NCBI GenBank assembly: GCA_021647505.1
Contig: JAKIUN010000001.1
Span: 17,828 to 81,827 of the forward strand
DNA from: Gammaproteobacteria bacterium
GTDB lineage: Bacteria > Pseudomonadota > Gammaproteobacteria > SZUA-152
Reading direction: 5' to 3'
Length of the DNA: 64,000 bases
The notes beneath the pieces are model-generated. The model was given only the letters and a program-made list of their open reading frames with translations. It was not told the origin of the DNA and did no database searches. Each line of letters opens with the position of its first letter. Within the stretch, counting starts at the first letter, position 1. Of this stretch, positions 10,619 to 20,830 are shown in pieces. Position numbers and translations under genes: made by a program.

Positions 10619-13600
10619 AGCGCCTCTCCGTGGTTCAGCGCCGTGGCGTACAGGGCCGTGGCCAGCTCGGTGAATTCTGTGCAGGCCAGTGGATTGGCAT
10701 TCAGGCCACGCAGGGCCAACTGGATATAGACATCATCCTGATCGCCGGGAATATTCTGAAAACGGTTGCCCGCCCATTTGCCCGCCGCTGCCTTCATGGC
10801 TTTTTCGGCGTCGTCCCGCTTCATCGCCCAGGCATGGCTGGCGTCGGGGAACACCGGCAGTGGCCGCTGCAGGCCCTGCCAATAGATGTCCACGTATTGC
10901 TGTAATTCGGCCCGTGCGGTCACTGCGGGCACGACGGCAAAACGCCAGGCCGCATCACGGCAGACCAGGGTGCTGCCCTCATCCGCTGTCAGTCGTTCAC
11001 TGGCGCACAGTGCCAGGTGATCCAGCCACAGGCCCAGCAGCGCCTTGCCCTTTAGCTTCGAGGCGCTGACGTGCAGTACGCCACAGCCCGGCAGGTAGCG
11101 TTCGATCTGCCCACCGAGGCGGAAGCCGTCGGCACAGGCGATGTCCACCGGCCGAGGACTGAACTCACCACCGACGAAGCCCTTCAGCGTCTCCATCAAG
11201 GGCGCTACTTCCTGTTGCTCGCGCACCAGGCTGATTTCGGAAAACACCCCGTGCGGCAACAGGCCTCGGGCACGCAGCTGTTCGGTGCGAGTCGCACGGC
11301 CCTGTAAAAAATCGTCGAGCAGGCGCGACTTGATCGCCCAGCGTTGCAGGCCATCGAGGGCAAACGGCTCTTCGTCCTCGTTCTGCGCCGTCTCCTGCAA
11401 ATAGATGCGCAGGCGTTGGTTGAAAAAATATTTCACCGGATGGGCAAGAAACCGGCGCAGGCTTTTCAGCTCGATGTCGTGCCGTTCGCCGTCCGCCAGT
11501 GGCAGCGATACGCCGGGCCAGTCCTGTGCTTCTGCGACCTCCGCATTACCTTGAATGGCCGTGGCCACTCGGCACCAGTAGCGGTCGTAGCTGGCGTCGT
11601 TTTGCGCATAATTGCGTGGGCTGAAGGGCTGCAGGGGGTGCAGTCGGGTGATGCGCTTGCTGATCGGCGCCTCGCCGGCAGCGAGCGGGTAACGACTATC
11701 CATGAAGTCGAGCAGCTCGTGCACCAGCACCGAGGGCTGACGCTCGCCGTTGTCTTTCATGTCACGACCGGTGTAGCTGATGTAGAGCATCTGCCGCGTG
11801 CAGAGCAGGGTTTCCAACAATAAATAGCGATCCTCATCGCCCTTGCGCGGATCACCCGGCCGCCACTGGTCAGCCATGCCATCGAACTCCAGGGCCTGCT
11901 CGCGGCGCGGGAAGGCCTGGTCATTCATGCCCAGCAGGCAGATGACGCGGAACGGCAGGCTGCGCATGGGGCGCATGCCGCAGAAGGTGACGCCGCCGGA
12001 GAAATAGCGGCCGTGCAGGGTCTGCTGGCCGAGAACCTTATCCAGCCAGTGGCGCAGCAACGGCGACGAGAGGATCTGTTCGTCCGCCTGCTGGTGCAGT
12101 TCGTCGAGGCTGTCGCGGATCTGTTGCAGCTTGCCGTCGTCGTCATGCTCGCTGAAGAAATCCTCCAGCAGGCGGTTGAGCAGCCGCTGCCAGTCACCGG
12201 CGCTGCGCTCGTGCGACAGCTCGCGGCGGTAGTCGCGCAGGCGCTCGAACAGTTGCCAGAAGCGTCCCAGGGCGATGGCCTTGTCACCCTCGGCGACGGC
12301 CAGCGGCGCGATGTCCTGCCAGTCGTCATCCACGCCCAGGGCATAGCCGGCGAACAGTCGCTGTCCCGCCTGCCGCCAAGTATTTTGTTCAAAGCCCGGC
12401 AGGCCCAGCTCGCGCTTGTGTTCGGCATCCAGGCCCCAACGCACTTCGGCCTCATCCAGCATTTCGCGAATCGCCTCGCAAGCGACGGCATCCAGGCCGA
12501 AGCGCGCACTCAGTTCCGGCACGTCCAGATATGACATCACCTCAGAGTGGCTGAAGCGGCTTTCCGGCAAGGTGAGTAACTGGAAAAAGATACGGATCAG
12601 GGGATGCTCATCGGCGATGCTGATATCCGACAAGTTCCACGGAATGAAGGGCCGCGCGCCCGATTCGTCCTTGCGGAACACAGCCTCGATGAAGGGGGCG
12701 TAGCGACTGATCTCTGGCACCATGATGAGAATATCTTCCGGCTTCAGGGTACTGTCGGCATCCAGCGCGCGCAGCAACTGGTCGTGCAGCACCTGGCATT
12801 CGCGCAGTGGGCTGTGGCAGATGTGCAACTGCACCGAACCGTCCGCCGTGGGTCTGGTCGGCGGCTGGTCGAGGTTGAAAATGTCCTGCTGGATGTGGTG
12901 TAGCAGGCTGTCGGCGGCAGGCGGGCGGTAATCCTCCCACTCGGCGGCCTGCAAGTCGTCGTGATTCAGCAGCAGATCCTGCAGGGCCTGGCCCTGGCGG
13001 CCCCAGGAGGCCAGCAGCTCGTTACCGGTATCGAAATAGACCGCCGTATCGGGTGACTGCATGCGCAGGCGTGAGAGGGCCTTTTTGCTTTTCAGATCCG
13101 CCCAGTACTGATCCGTGGGACTGTGCAGGTACAGGTCGATCTCGCCCGTCGATGGGTGTGCGGCAAGGGCGTGCAGCACATCCACGAACAGCGGCGGCAG
13201 GGTGGAGAGGGCGAACAGGCTGATGCGCTCAGGCAGCGGTATGCTCGTGCCCTTTTGCAGGCGTTGCAGCAGGCGATCCAGCACCGCCACCCGGTGGCTG
13301 TCGCCAAGATCCGCGATCAACTCGCGCCACAGCAGCGCCTGCCAGTCGTCGCCCTCGCCGCAGCTCCACTGGCGGATCAGCGCCGGGCGGTAAAACTGAT
13401 AGCGATCCAGCACGTCGGCGATGCGTGCCGACAGCTGCCAGCGTTTGAGGTCGTCGCTGTCGTCGCGCAGGTAGTGCTGTAGCGGCTGAAAGGCCGGGTG
13501 CGCCAGCAGTGTTGGCAGCAGGGCGAATATCTTCCAGCCCAGGCGCTGGCGTTCCAGTGGATCGGTGTCCGGGGTGTCATCCAGCACCTGACCGGTCAAT

Positions 13601-13836
13601 GCCCAGACCCACGAGGCCGGCAGGGGGTACGCCAGATTAGCGGCAACGCCGTGGGCCTGCGCCAATTGCAGGTTGATCCAGCGTGCCATGGCCGGGCTGG
13701 GCACGACGATGACCTCGGCATCAAACGGCGAGGCCAGCGGCCGCGCAGCCAGCCGCCGGGCCAGCTCAGCCAGCAGAGACTCGATGCGGTTTGAACTGAT
13801 GAGCTGTAGCGCCACGGAGTGCTGCCTGTTGGTCAC
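10615..13836 (-). CDS. recC: Exodeoxyribonuclease V gamma subunit
   Basis: 1073 aa, typical RecC N-terminus MTNRQHSVALQLISSNRIESLLAEL; 4-nt overlap with recB. Confidence 0.9.
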   Translation of the reverse strand: MTNRQHSVALQLISSNRIESLLAELARRLAARPLASPFDAEVIVVPSPAMARWINLQLAQAHGVAANLAYPLPASWVWALTGQVLDDTPDTDPLERQRLGWKIFALLPTLLAHPAFQPLQHYLRDDSDDLKRWQLSARIADVLDRYQFYRPALIRQWSCGEGDDWQALLWRELIADLGDSHRVAVLDRLLQRLQKGTSIPLPERISLFALSTLPPLFVDVLHALAAHPSTGEIDLYLHSPTDQYWADLKSKKALSRLRMQSPDTAVYFDTGNELLASWGRQGQALQDLLLNHDDLQAAEWEDYRPPAADSLLHHIQQDIFNLDQPPTRPTADGSVQLHICHSPLRECQVLHDQLLRALDADSTLKPEDILIMVPEISRYAPFIEAVFRKDESGARPFIPWNLSDISIADEHPLIRIFFQLLTLPESRFSHSEVMSYLDVPELSARFGLDAVACEAIREMLDEAEVRWGLDAEHKRELGLPGFEQNTWRQAGQRLFAGYALGVDDDWQDIAPLAVAEGDKAIALGRFWQLFERLRDYRRELSHERSAGDWQRLLNRLLEDFFSEHDDDGKLQQIRDSLDELHQQADEQILSSPLLRHWLDKVLGQQTLHGRYFSGGVTFCGMRPMRSLPFRVICLLGMNDQAFPRREQALEFDGMADQWRPGDPRKGDEDRYLLLETLLCTRQMLYISYTGRDMKDNGERQPSVLVHELLDFMDSRYPLAAGEAPISKRITRLHPLQPFSPRNYAQNDASYDRYWCRVATAIQGNAEVAEAQDWPGVSLPLADGERHDIELKSLRRFLAHPVKYFFNQRLRIYLQETAQNEDEEPFALDGLQRWAIKSRLLDDFLQGRATRTEQLRARGLLPHGVFSEISLVREQQEVAPLMETLKGFVGGEFSPRPVDIACADGFRLGGQIERYLPGCGVLHVSASKLKGKALLGLWLDHLALCASERLTADEGSTLVCRDAAWRFAVVPAVTARAELQQYVDIYWQGLQRPLPVFPDASHAWAMKRDDAEKAMKAAAGKWAGNRFQNIPGDQDDVYIQLALRGLNANPLACTEFTELATALYATALNHGEAL

Positions 13837-14124
13837 GGGAGTTCAGGAAACTGTCTGGAACCCGGCTACTACGGTCGGATCGCCATCGGCTCCGGGGGTG
13901 CGCATCTTAGCAAGAGTCCCTGCCCTGGGTCGCGGTTTGTATCCCGGATGCACATGACTCCAGTGACCGAGCAGGCCACGGAGTAGATCCCTGGATCGTG
14001 ACAGCCCGGCTGGGAAAACGGGTCGTGGCCCGGGAAACTGCCCCGATAGAGGTGTATTACCGGCATATTGGCCGCCGAATCTTGACTCCAAAGCCACATA
14101 TCTGTTTAATACGCCTTCCCTGAT

Positions 14125-14200
14125 GCCCGGGTAGCTCAGTCGGTAGAGCAGTGGACTGAAAATCCTCGTGTCGGCAGTTCGATTCTGTCCCCGGGCACCA
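14125..14200 (+). tRNA. tRNA-Phe (GAA)
   Basis: GCCCGGGTAGCTCAGTCGGTAGAGCAGTGGACTGAAAATCC...GGTTCGATTCTGTCCCCGGGCACCA; cloverleaf folds by hand; anticodon loop CTGAAAA; encoded CCA. Confidence 0.9.
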
Positions 14201-14554
14201 TTTTTTCTATTCTAAAACAGCCGTTTAACGTTTCAGCGTCTACCAAGCGGCAATCCAATCAGTTCCTATTGCTACTTCAGTGCTACGTTAAGCACACATC
14301 CTATACTCACTTCTCTTGCTTACAGCCCCTAAATAACATGCATGGGCCAAGGGCAGACAGTACCCATACAGTGCGGGGCCTCTACTGACGGTGTGCCCAT
14401 CGAAAAGATCAACAAGGTTCCGCACCGGCGGTAACAATGCGCTATTCATTGTTCCCACGCTCTGCGTGGGAACGATAAAACGGGCATATACTCCTTGGGC
14501 AAATATGCCCAAGTACCTTGCGGATGACAAAGCTATTCGCACCACTGCCAGCAA

Positions 14555-14590
14555 CAAAAAAGGCGTGACCGTCACCAGTCACGCCTTTTT
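14555..14590. terminator. Bidirectional rho-independent terminator (A6-stem-T5) downstream of prk
   Basis: aaaaaaggcgtgaccgtcaccagtcacgcctttttg. Confidence 0.7.
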
Positions 14591-14627
14591 GCCGGGCGCA
14601 TTCATCCGCGATGAGGCGTTGCCAAGC

Positions 14628-15515
14628 TCAGACGCTTCGCTTGTCCTCGGTCAACTGATGGATGCGCGGCGCCAAAATCAGCTCCATGGCGAAGCCCATC
14701 TTGCCGCCCGGCACCACGATGGTGTTGGGACGGGACATGAAGGAACCGTCGATCATGTTCAGGAGATAGGGAAAGTCCGCGCCATTGTGATTGCGGAAAC
14801 GGATCACGATGAAACTCTCGTCCGGGGTCGGGATGTCACGGGCAATAAAGGGGTTGGAGGTATCCACCGTGGGTACGCGCTGGAAGTTGATATCCGTGCG
14901 CGAGAACTGCGGGGTGATGTAGTGCACATAGTCGTCCATGCGGCGCAGGATGGTGTCGACGATGGCCTCGGCGGAATAGCCGCGCTGGGCGCTGTCGCGG
15001 TGGATCTTCTGAATCCACTCCAGGTTGACGATGGGCACCACGCCGACCAGCAGGTCAACAAACTTGGAAACGTCTACGTCACCGTCCACGGCGCCGCCGT
15101 GCAGACCTTCGTAGAACAGCACATCGGACTCATCCGTGATGTCTTCCCAGGGGGTGAACTGGCCGGGGCTCAGGTCGGTACCCAGACGGGCATTGTGCTC
15201 GGCGGCCTCGTCGTCACTGTGTAAGTAGTAACGGCGGCGGCACTTGCCGGTTTCGCCATAGGCCTTGAAGGTCTCGGCGATCAGGTCGAAGTGGTTGGAG
15301 TCGGGGCCAAAGTGGCTAAGCTGCTTACCCTTCTTGGCGAAGTCGGTAATCGCTTCTTTCATCGCGGCACGATCATAGCGATGGTAGCTGTCGCCTTCTA
15401 CCACCAGCGGATTGATCTGTTCGCGGCGGAAGATGTGCTCAAAGGCATTTTTGACCGTGGTCGTGCCGGCACCGGAAGAACCGGTAACGGCGATGACGGG
15501 ATGTTTTACCGACAT
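14628..15515 (-). CDS. prk: Phosphoribulokinase
   Basis: ORF 14628..15605; real start MSVKHPVIAVTGSSGAGTTTVKNAFEHIF at ATG 15515, preceded by aaggagag SD; canonical PRK N-terminus. Confidence 0.9.
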   Translation of the reverse strand: MSVKHPVIAVTGSSGAGTTTVKNAFEHIFRREQINPLVVEGDSYHRYDRAAMKEAITDFAKKGKQLSHFGPDSNHFDLIAETFKAYGETGKCRRRYYLHSDDEAAEHNARLGTDLSPGQFTPWEDITDESDVLFYEGLHGGAVDGDVDVSKFVDLLVGVVPIVNLEWIQKIHRDSAQRGYSAEAIVDTILRRMDDYVHYITPQFSRTDINFQRVPTVDTSNPFIARDIPTPDESFIVIRFRNHNGADFPYLLNMIDGSFMSRPNTIVVPGGKMGFAMELILAPRIHQLTEDKRSV

Positions 15516-15679
15516 TTTACTCTCCTTAAAGATACTGAATTCGTTGCCTGCGCCAAATTGCCTGCGCCTAAGGTGAAAAACCGTATTTGGCGGGCGCGGC
15601 GCCAAGCAGGGCGCGCAATAGAGCCGCCAATGATAGCGTTTTCAGGCTGCGCAGGGAAGTTAAGGACTGCCACCAACCC

Positions 15680-16771
15680 TCAGAACAGCTCGATAGTCTG
15701 CCGTTCCCCGGCCTCTTCCCGCAGCACCCGGCCCTCACGGAGACACTCATAGGCATTGACTTGGTTTCGGCCATGGTTCTTGCCGTAATACAAGGCTTTG
15801 TCGGCTCGGTCGATCAGCGCCGAGGGCAGCATCCGCGGTTCGATTTCCACCACGCCAATGGTCAGCGTGACCTGATTGATCTGTGGAAAATGATGTGCCG
15901 CCACCCGCGCACGAAAACGTTCCAGTACGGCCACGGCGGCCTCCAGATCCGCATCCGTCAGCACCGCGATAAACTCTTCGCCCCCATAGCGGAACAGCAT
16001 GTCATTGAAGCGGAATGATTCACGCATCAGCTCGGCCAGAATCAACAATACCTCATCACCGTACAAATGGCCCAGCGAGTCGTTGATACGCTTGAAGTGG
16101 TCGATATCGAAGATGGCGAAACAACCGAGGTTGGTTGCATCAATCGCACGGCGCCCGGGGGCTTCGCTCGGCGCCAGCGCCTTGGCCAGCCAGTTATCGA
16201 GAGCAGCGCGGTTAAATAGACCGGTCAGGCCATCGCGCTGCTGATGGTTGAGCAGGGTGTGCTGGTTGGCGTAGATGGCCACCAGTTTCTCGATGATAGT
16301 GCAGGCACCACCCGCAACGGTAGCCGATTCACAGCTTACCAATCCGGAGACCTGATCCTGCTCGATCACTGGATAGACCCGCTTACAGCCACCACCGGTC
16401 TGGCATTCTTCGGCCATTTCCTGGCTATCGATGCAGCGGCGCAGCAAAGGCCGGTTCTCCAGCGCCGTGAGGTAACTGCCGACCCTGTCGATATTCGTGC
16501 ATGCCACGACCTTGGCGGACAAATTGCCCAGATCACCCTGCAAGGCATAGACGCAGACACTGAAGCCCCGCTGCAGGGTGGAAACCGTGCGCACCATGGC
16601 CGCAGCCAGGGTGTCCAAATCGCGCTGCGCAGTCAGATCCACGGCGGCATCCAGCGGAGATAAATCATAAGACAAGGTCAAGTACTCGACTGGTTTTCCA
16701 TACGAAAAGTAGGATAGCACAGCGGTTTCCGGGCGTCCCATGGTTCTTGCCAAGCGGCCCTGGCGCGCCAT
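15680..16771 (-). CDS. Diguanylate cyclase (GAF-like N-terminal domain + GGDEF domain, GGEEF active site)
   Basis: 363 aa; RDGLTGLFNR, DIDHFKRINDSLGHLYGDEVL, YRYGGEEFIAVL; start codon uncertain (no clear SD at 16771 or 16741). Confidence 0.8.
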   Translation of the reverse strand: MARQGRLARTMGRPETAVLSYFSYGKPVEYLTLSYDLSPLDAAVDLTAQRDLDTLAAAMVRTVSTLQRGFSVCVYALQGDLGNLSAKVVACTNIDRVGSYLTALENRPLLRRCIDSQEMAEECQTGGGCKRVYPVIEQDQVSGLVSCESATVAGGACTIIEKLVAIYANQHTLLNHQQRDGLTGLFNRAALDNWLAKALAPSEAPGRRAIDATNLGCFAIFDIDHFKRINDSLGHLYGDEVLLILAELMRESFRFNDMLFRYGGEEFIAVLTDADLEAAVAVLERFRARVAAHHFPQINQVTLTIGVVEIEPRMLPSALIDRADKALYYGKNHGRNQVNAYECLREGRVLREEAGERQTIELF

Positions 16772-16792
16772 AGAATGGTCTGCAACAGACGT

Positions 16793-16867
16793 GCGGGCGT
16801 CGTATAACGGCTATTACCTCAGCTTCCCAAGCTGATGACGTGGGTTCGACTCCCATCGCCCGCTCCA
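16793..16867 (+). tRNA. tRNA-Gly (CCC)
   Basis: GCGGGCGTCGTATAACGGCTATTACCTCAGCTTCCCAAGCTGATGACGTGGGTTCGACTCCCATCGCCCGCTCCA; anticodon loop TTCCCAA; encoded CCA. Confidence 0.85.
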
Positions 16868-16934
16868 ATTCCCTGATCCCGCTGTGCCACCACCGCACAA
16901 GCACGCTGCGGATGAGCCCACCCCCGGGTGACAA

Positions 16935-17070
16935 TAATCCTAGATTAATCAGTTGACCGCTTCGAGGTAAGTCTAAGTGCATGGCAATAAACGAATTCAT
17001 CGAAAAACCAGACTTCACCTGCCGGGTGAGGATGCTACAACCTACCCGGCAGCTGATTAATCTAGGATAA
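16935..17070. mobile_element. MITE-like element (~136 bp) with 18-bp terminal inverted repeats taatcctagattaatcag / ctgattaatctaggataa and an internal hairpin (ctgccgggtgagg/cctacccggcag)
   Basis: TIRs match 17/18 as reverse complements; sits between tRNA-Gly and the DUF3108 gene; the annotated ATG of that gene (17070) is the last bases of the right TIR. Confidence 0.55.
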
Positions 17071-18416
17071 TGCACCGGCGTAACAACCTTCTGTCGATGG
17101 CTGTCATACTGGCCTTGGTCAGCGCTTTTTCCGCCACCATCAACGCCACAGAGATGGAACGCTGGCGACTGGCGGAAACGCGTGTCGACGGTGGCGAATA
17201 CCTTGTCTACCGGCTGTCTTACCGTGGTATCTTCACCGCTTTCGTGTGGAAGGAACTGGCGGATCTCGCCCTTATTGCCGGCCAGCGGCCGATAAATTTC
17301 GAACAGCAGCCCGGCTGCCACCTGCAACTGAAGCTCTCCACGGAAAACTACGCCGTGGCCGAAGTACTGCGCCCCACTCGCTACCAAAGACACAGCATCG
17401 TCGATCCCGGGCTGCAACGCGCCCTGCTGATTGAAGAGATCGAAGACAGCACGGAAGACGAACAAAATGCCACCTGGATAAACTGGACGGACAAGCGTAT
17501 CGAGCTGTTCCGCCAGCGCCGTCAGATCACCGACGATGCCGGCTTCTTTTTCGATGATGACGACCCCTATCCCGCCGACATGGAATGGGAAGAAGATGGC
17601 GCCAAGCCCCTGCCGGATTTCCTCAACACCTGGCCTCTCCTTGACGGAAAATACACGCCGTTGATCTATGATAAATCCATCGATATTTCTGATCTGGAGT
17701 CCCTGCTCGACCCCCTGTCTCTCATTTTCGCTGCCCGCTGGCAGACGGACGATGCCTCGCAATATCGGGTTTTCCCGGTCACCTATGAAGACGAAGTTCG
17801 CTATTACCGCACCCATACCCTAGGCCGGGAAGACGTAGACATCGCTGGCGCCCGGCTGCCGGCACACAAACTGGAAATCAAGCGTACCCGGCTTGAAGGC
17901 GCCGAGGACAAAGGGTTTCTCATCATGTGGCTGAGCGACGATGAGCGGCGTATTCCGCTGCAATTTGAGATACAGACCAAGGTGGGGAAGATAAAGATTC
18001 ACATCAGACCGGAATCGTTGCGCAACAATCGCAGCAACATCGAAGACTGCATCGCAACTGGCTCACCACAACTGGCATCGAAAAATGCGCTGTCAGGCGC
18101 ACAATACCAGCAAAACCTGGGGGGCTGGGTCGGCGGCGTGAGTGGTGGTCATGTGACCGCCAGCGCCGATCCTATAACTGAGCGCGCCGATCTTAACTCC
18201 TGGAGTATCGGCGGCGAATTGCGCCGTGGCCGCTTTGCCTTCGGCACGGCATATGTGTGGCGGGGTGACAGTAATCTGCGCACGAAAAATTATGACCAGG
18301 AAGAAACCAATATCGGCATTTCCTGGCGTGGCAAAAAGTGGCGTGCTGCCTTGTCCCGCTCACACACCACATCATCCTTACATAACTATAAATTGTTGGA
18401 GTCGGTACATCCATAA
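17070..18416 (+). CDS. DUF3108 domain-containing secreted protein
   Basis: 448 aa; signal peptide MHRRNNLLSMAVILALVSAFSATINA; DUF3108-like YLVYRLSYRGIFTAFVWKELADL; acidic linker; Gly/Trp-rich C-terminal region. Confidence 0.55.
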   Translation: MHRRNNLLSMAVILALVSAFSATINATEMERWRLAETRVDGGEYLVYRLSYRGIFTAFVWKELADLALIAGQRPINFEQQPGCHLQLKLSTENYAVAEVLRPTRYQRHSIVDPGLQRALLIEEIEDSTEDEQNATWINWTDKRIELFRQRRQITDDAGFFFDDDDPYPADMEWEEDGAKPLPDFLNTWPLLDGKYTPLIYDKSIDISDLESLLDPLSLIFAARWQTDDASQYRVFPVTYEDEVRYYRTHTLGREDVDIAGARLPAHKLEIKRTRLEGAEDKGFLIMWLSDDERRIPLQFEIQTKVGKIKIHIRPESLRNNRSNIEDCIATGSPQLASKNALSGAQYQQNLGGWVGGVSGGHVTASADPITERADLNSWSIGGELRRGRFAFGTAYVWRGDSNLRTKNYDQEETNIGISWRGKKWRAALSRSHTTSSLHNYKLLESVHP

Positions 18417-18606
18417 AACTCAAGCCCTGGGCCAACTGGCGCACCGACATTGTTCGTTATGACGAGATCACAGCCACCAATGGCTCACAGCAGGCCGCAG
18501 TGTTTCTCACTGAGCTGGAATTGAGGATCTAAATACCATATTCCATTTGTCATTCCGGCGTAAGCCGGAATCCAGAATGTGCGTGACATCAAACACTCTA
18601 ATCTTA

Positions 18607-18632
18607 CCCCCCCCCCCTCTCTCTCTCTCTTT
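18607..18632. repeat. Simple-sequence tract: poly-C (11) followed by (TC)6
   Basis: cccccccccctctctctctctct read directly; lies at the boundary of the ISAzo13-like remnant. Confidence 0.9.
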
Positions 18633-18643
18633 TCGCTACATTT

Positions 18644-19788
18644 TTATTGTCCATCAATAAACCACCCCGCAGCTTGCTGCGTAGGCTTTTTGTTCAAACG
18701 CCTAAGCGTTTGAACTGGTAGTACAATACCCCGCTTTCGCGTAGCGAAATAGCTTGCTGCGGGGTGGTTTATTGGCAATATTTGGTAGTTCCATTCGCCA
18801 TGAAACACATTACGTTTGATTTGCACTTCGGCAAGTAAATCGTCACTAATTTTTTTAGACTTTTCATATTCGCTTTTGTCCAACCAAGCGTGAACTTCCA
18901 AACCTTCTTTAGTTTTTGTTGAACCAATAAGGTTAACGACAATCTCGTGAGTTTCCAATGGAACGCCCTGCCAGTTACGCGTGATATGGCAAAATAAGCG
19001 GTGCTCTATTTTATTCCACTTGCTGGTTCCTGGTGGGTAGTGACATAACTCTATCTTTAAACCTGTTTTGTTGGAAAACAGTTGTAGCGCCCACCGCCAA
19101 AGTCGAGTTCGTGGACTATTGCTACCCCCGCAGTCTGCCGTTATCAATAGTCGTTTGGCCGCAGGGTATCGCTTCTTACCCATCTTTACCCACCACCGTT
19201 CAATTGCGGCTACTGCAAATTCTGCCGTGTCATGACTAACGCAACCGATACGCCTGCTTCATTTAAAGCCATATCGTAAACCCCGTAGGGAACGGCTTTG
19301 CCGAGTGCTTTATCTGGAAAATCATGGGTGCTAACTTTCCTGGGCTTGCCTTTTGGTTGGTAAGTTTTCCCTGCATTTTTCATATTGCCTAAGGGCTCTT
19401 TCTTTTTTGTATCGATAGAGACTGCGGGTTGCTGTGCTCGCAAAATGGCTTTAACTCGTTTGTTGATGTGTTCGAATTGTGCGTTACGATCAGGGTGTTG
19501 CTTCCCTTCGATTGTTTTTCGATTAGCTTGAAGACTATAGCCTTGCGAACGAAGCAATTGCCCGATCTTCGTACTGCTAACAAAGTACCCTTGCCGTTTC
19601 AATTCTCGCGAGGGTGTATGCGTGCTTTTACCGCACCAATCCAACACTGAATTCGGTAACTTATTGTTTTGCAGGCCCTTAGTCCGCGAAACAGCAAAAG
19701 AAAAGGCCGAAGTCGTTAATGAGCTACAGGGAGTACGAAAATCATTGTTACCCGGATATCGAGTCAAAATGCTTGACGGTAACTGCAT
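18644..19788 (-). pseudogene. ISAzo13-family (DDE_Tnp_ISAZ013) transposase, degraded: N-terminally truncated, internal frameshift/deletion between 19183 and 19210
   Basis: Two adjacent minus-strand ORFs in different frames. 19210..19788 carries ..GYSLQANRKTIEGKQHPDRNAQFEHIN..KVSTHDFPD..PYGVYD. 18644..19183 carries LLITADCGGSNS..CHYPPGTSKWNKIEHRLFCHITRNW..FHGEWNY, the hallmark C-terminal block. The 3' end runs through palindromes (gttcaaacgc ctaa gcgtttgaac; caataaaccaccccgcagc inverted repeat 18655/18757). Confidence 0.75.
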
Positions 19789-20749
19789 TGAAGCATCAGA
19801 ACACCGGCTGGATGTGTTAAGGGAGACCAGAGCGGGTGCGCTTCCCGGAAAGTCCCTTGTTGTTTATGACCCCGCGTTGGAAATGGCTATTGATGTTTTT
19901 CCTTGTGAGGATGGCCATGCGCAGGAACGTTCTCTGCTTGGGCAATTATTACCCACGATTGAACCCTCTGATGTGTGGATCATGGATCGAAATTTTTGTG
20001 TTCGCGCGTTTCTTCTGACCATTGATGACAACGATAGTTATTTCATCTGTAGAGAGCATAAAGGGCTTAAGTGGGAGGCATCTGGTCGAGAAATAAAAGT
20101 GGGGAAAACAGGCACTGGAACGCTATATGAGCACTGGGTCAGTATCATTGATGATTTTGGTAAGAGCAGACAATACCGCAGGATTCGACTGTGCCTGAAC
20201 TCAGAAACGCGTGACAGTGAAAAGGAAATTGTCATTCTGACCAATCTGACGAAAACCACGGCCAACGCCAAGCTTATCGCCGAGCTGTATCGCAAGCGAT
20301 GGCGCATAGAAACGCTGTTTCAAGAGCTGGAAGCACATTTACATTCAGAAGTGAATACATTGGGCTATCCGAAAGCAGCCCTATTTGGGTTTTGTGTTGC
20401 GCTGGTTGCTTACAATGTTCTTGCCGTTGTAAAAGCCACTCTACGAGTTCAACATGGGGAAGAGAAAATAGAAAAGGAAGTATCTGGATATTATTTGGCG
20501 GGAAACATTGCCCGCACTTATGATGGAATGATGGTTGCGTTACCGGATAAAGAGTGGATTATCTTTCAAGCGATGCCTCTATTTAGACTGGCTGAGGTTT
20601 TGCTTCAGCTTGGGTCAAATGTGACGTTGTCAAAATTCATGAAGTCGAGGCGAGGCCCAAAGAAACCTCTTGTCAAGCGCAATAAATATTCGAAGCATCC
20701 ACATGTTTCTACGGCAAAGTTGCTACGTGGGGAAAAACCAAATGAATAG
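19622..20749 (+). mobile_element. IS4-superfamily (DDE_Tnp_1, IS701/ISAs1-like) transposase gene, apparently inserted into and truncating the ISAzo13-like element
   Basis: 375 aa; DDE candidates WIMDRNF, ...LTNL, and YRKRWRIETLFQELE (Y-x2-R-x3-E signature). Its 5' end overlaps the antisense N-terminal non-homologous extension of the ISAzo13 ORF. Element ends not resolved. Confidence 0.65.
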
Positions 20750-20830
20750 TCACCTTGAAAGGGCTGGGGTTAGAGACCCCCGGTTACCCGATTAGCTGCT
20801 TTCACCTTTTGAATTCCGAAAAGATGAAAA

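Noticed and set aside
14440-14530. Hairpins gttcccacgc-tct-gcgtgggaac and cttgggca-aata-tgcccaag downstream of tRNA-Phe
   Set aside because: Single-copy stem-loops in the prk 3' region with no repeat-spacer periodicity. Probably local structure near the bidirectional terminator rather than a CRISPR repeat or ncRNA.
14125-16867. tRNA-Phe / tRNA-Gly flanked genomic island
   Set aside because: The genes between and next to the tRNAs (prk, GGDEF, recC) are core-like and high GC. There is no integrase and no direct repeat of the tRNA 3' end. The IS cluster lies 2 kb further on and is not delimited by tRNA-derived repeats.
19836-20018. Small ORFs inside the IS4-like transposase gene
   Set aside because: Alternate-frame fragments within a well-supported transposase ORF.
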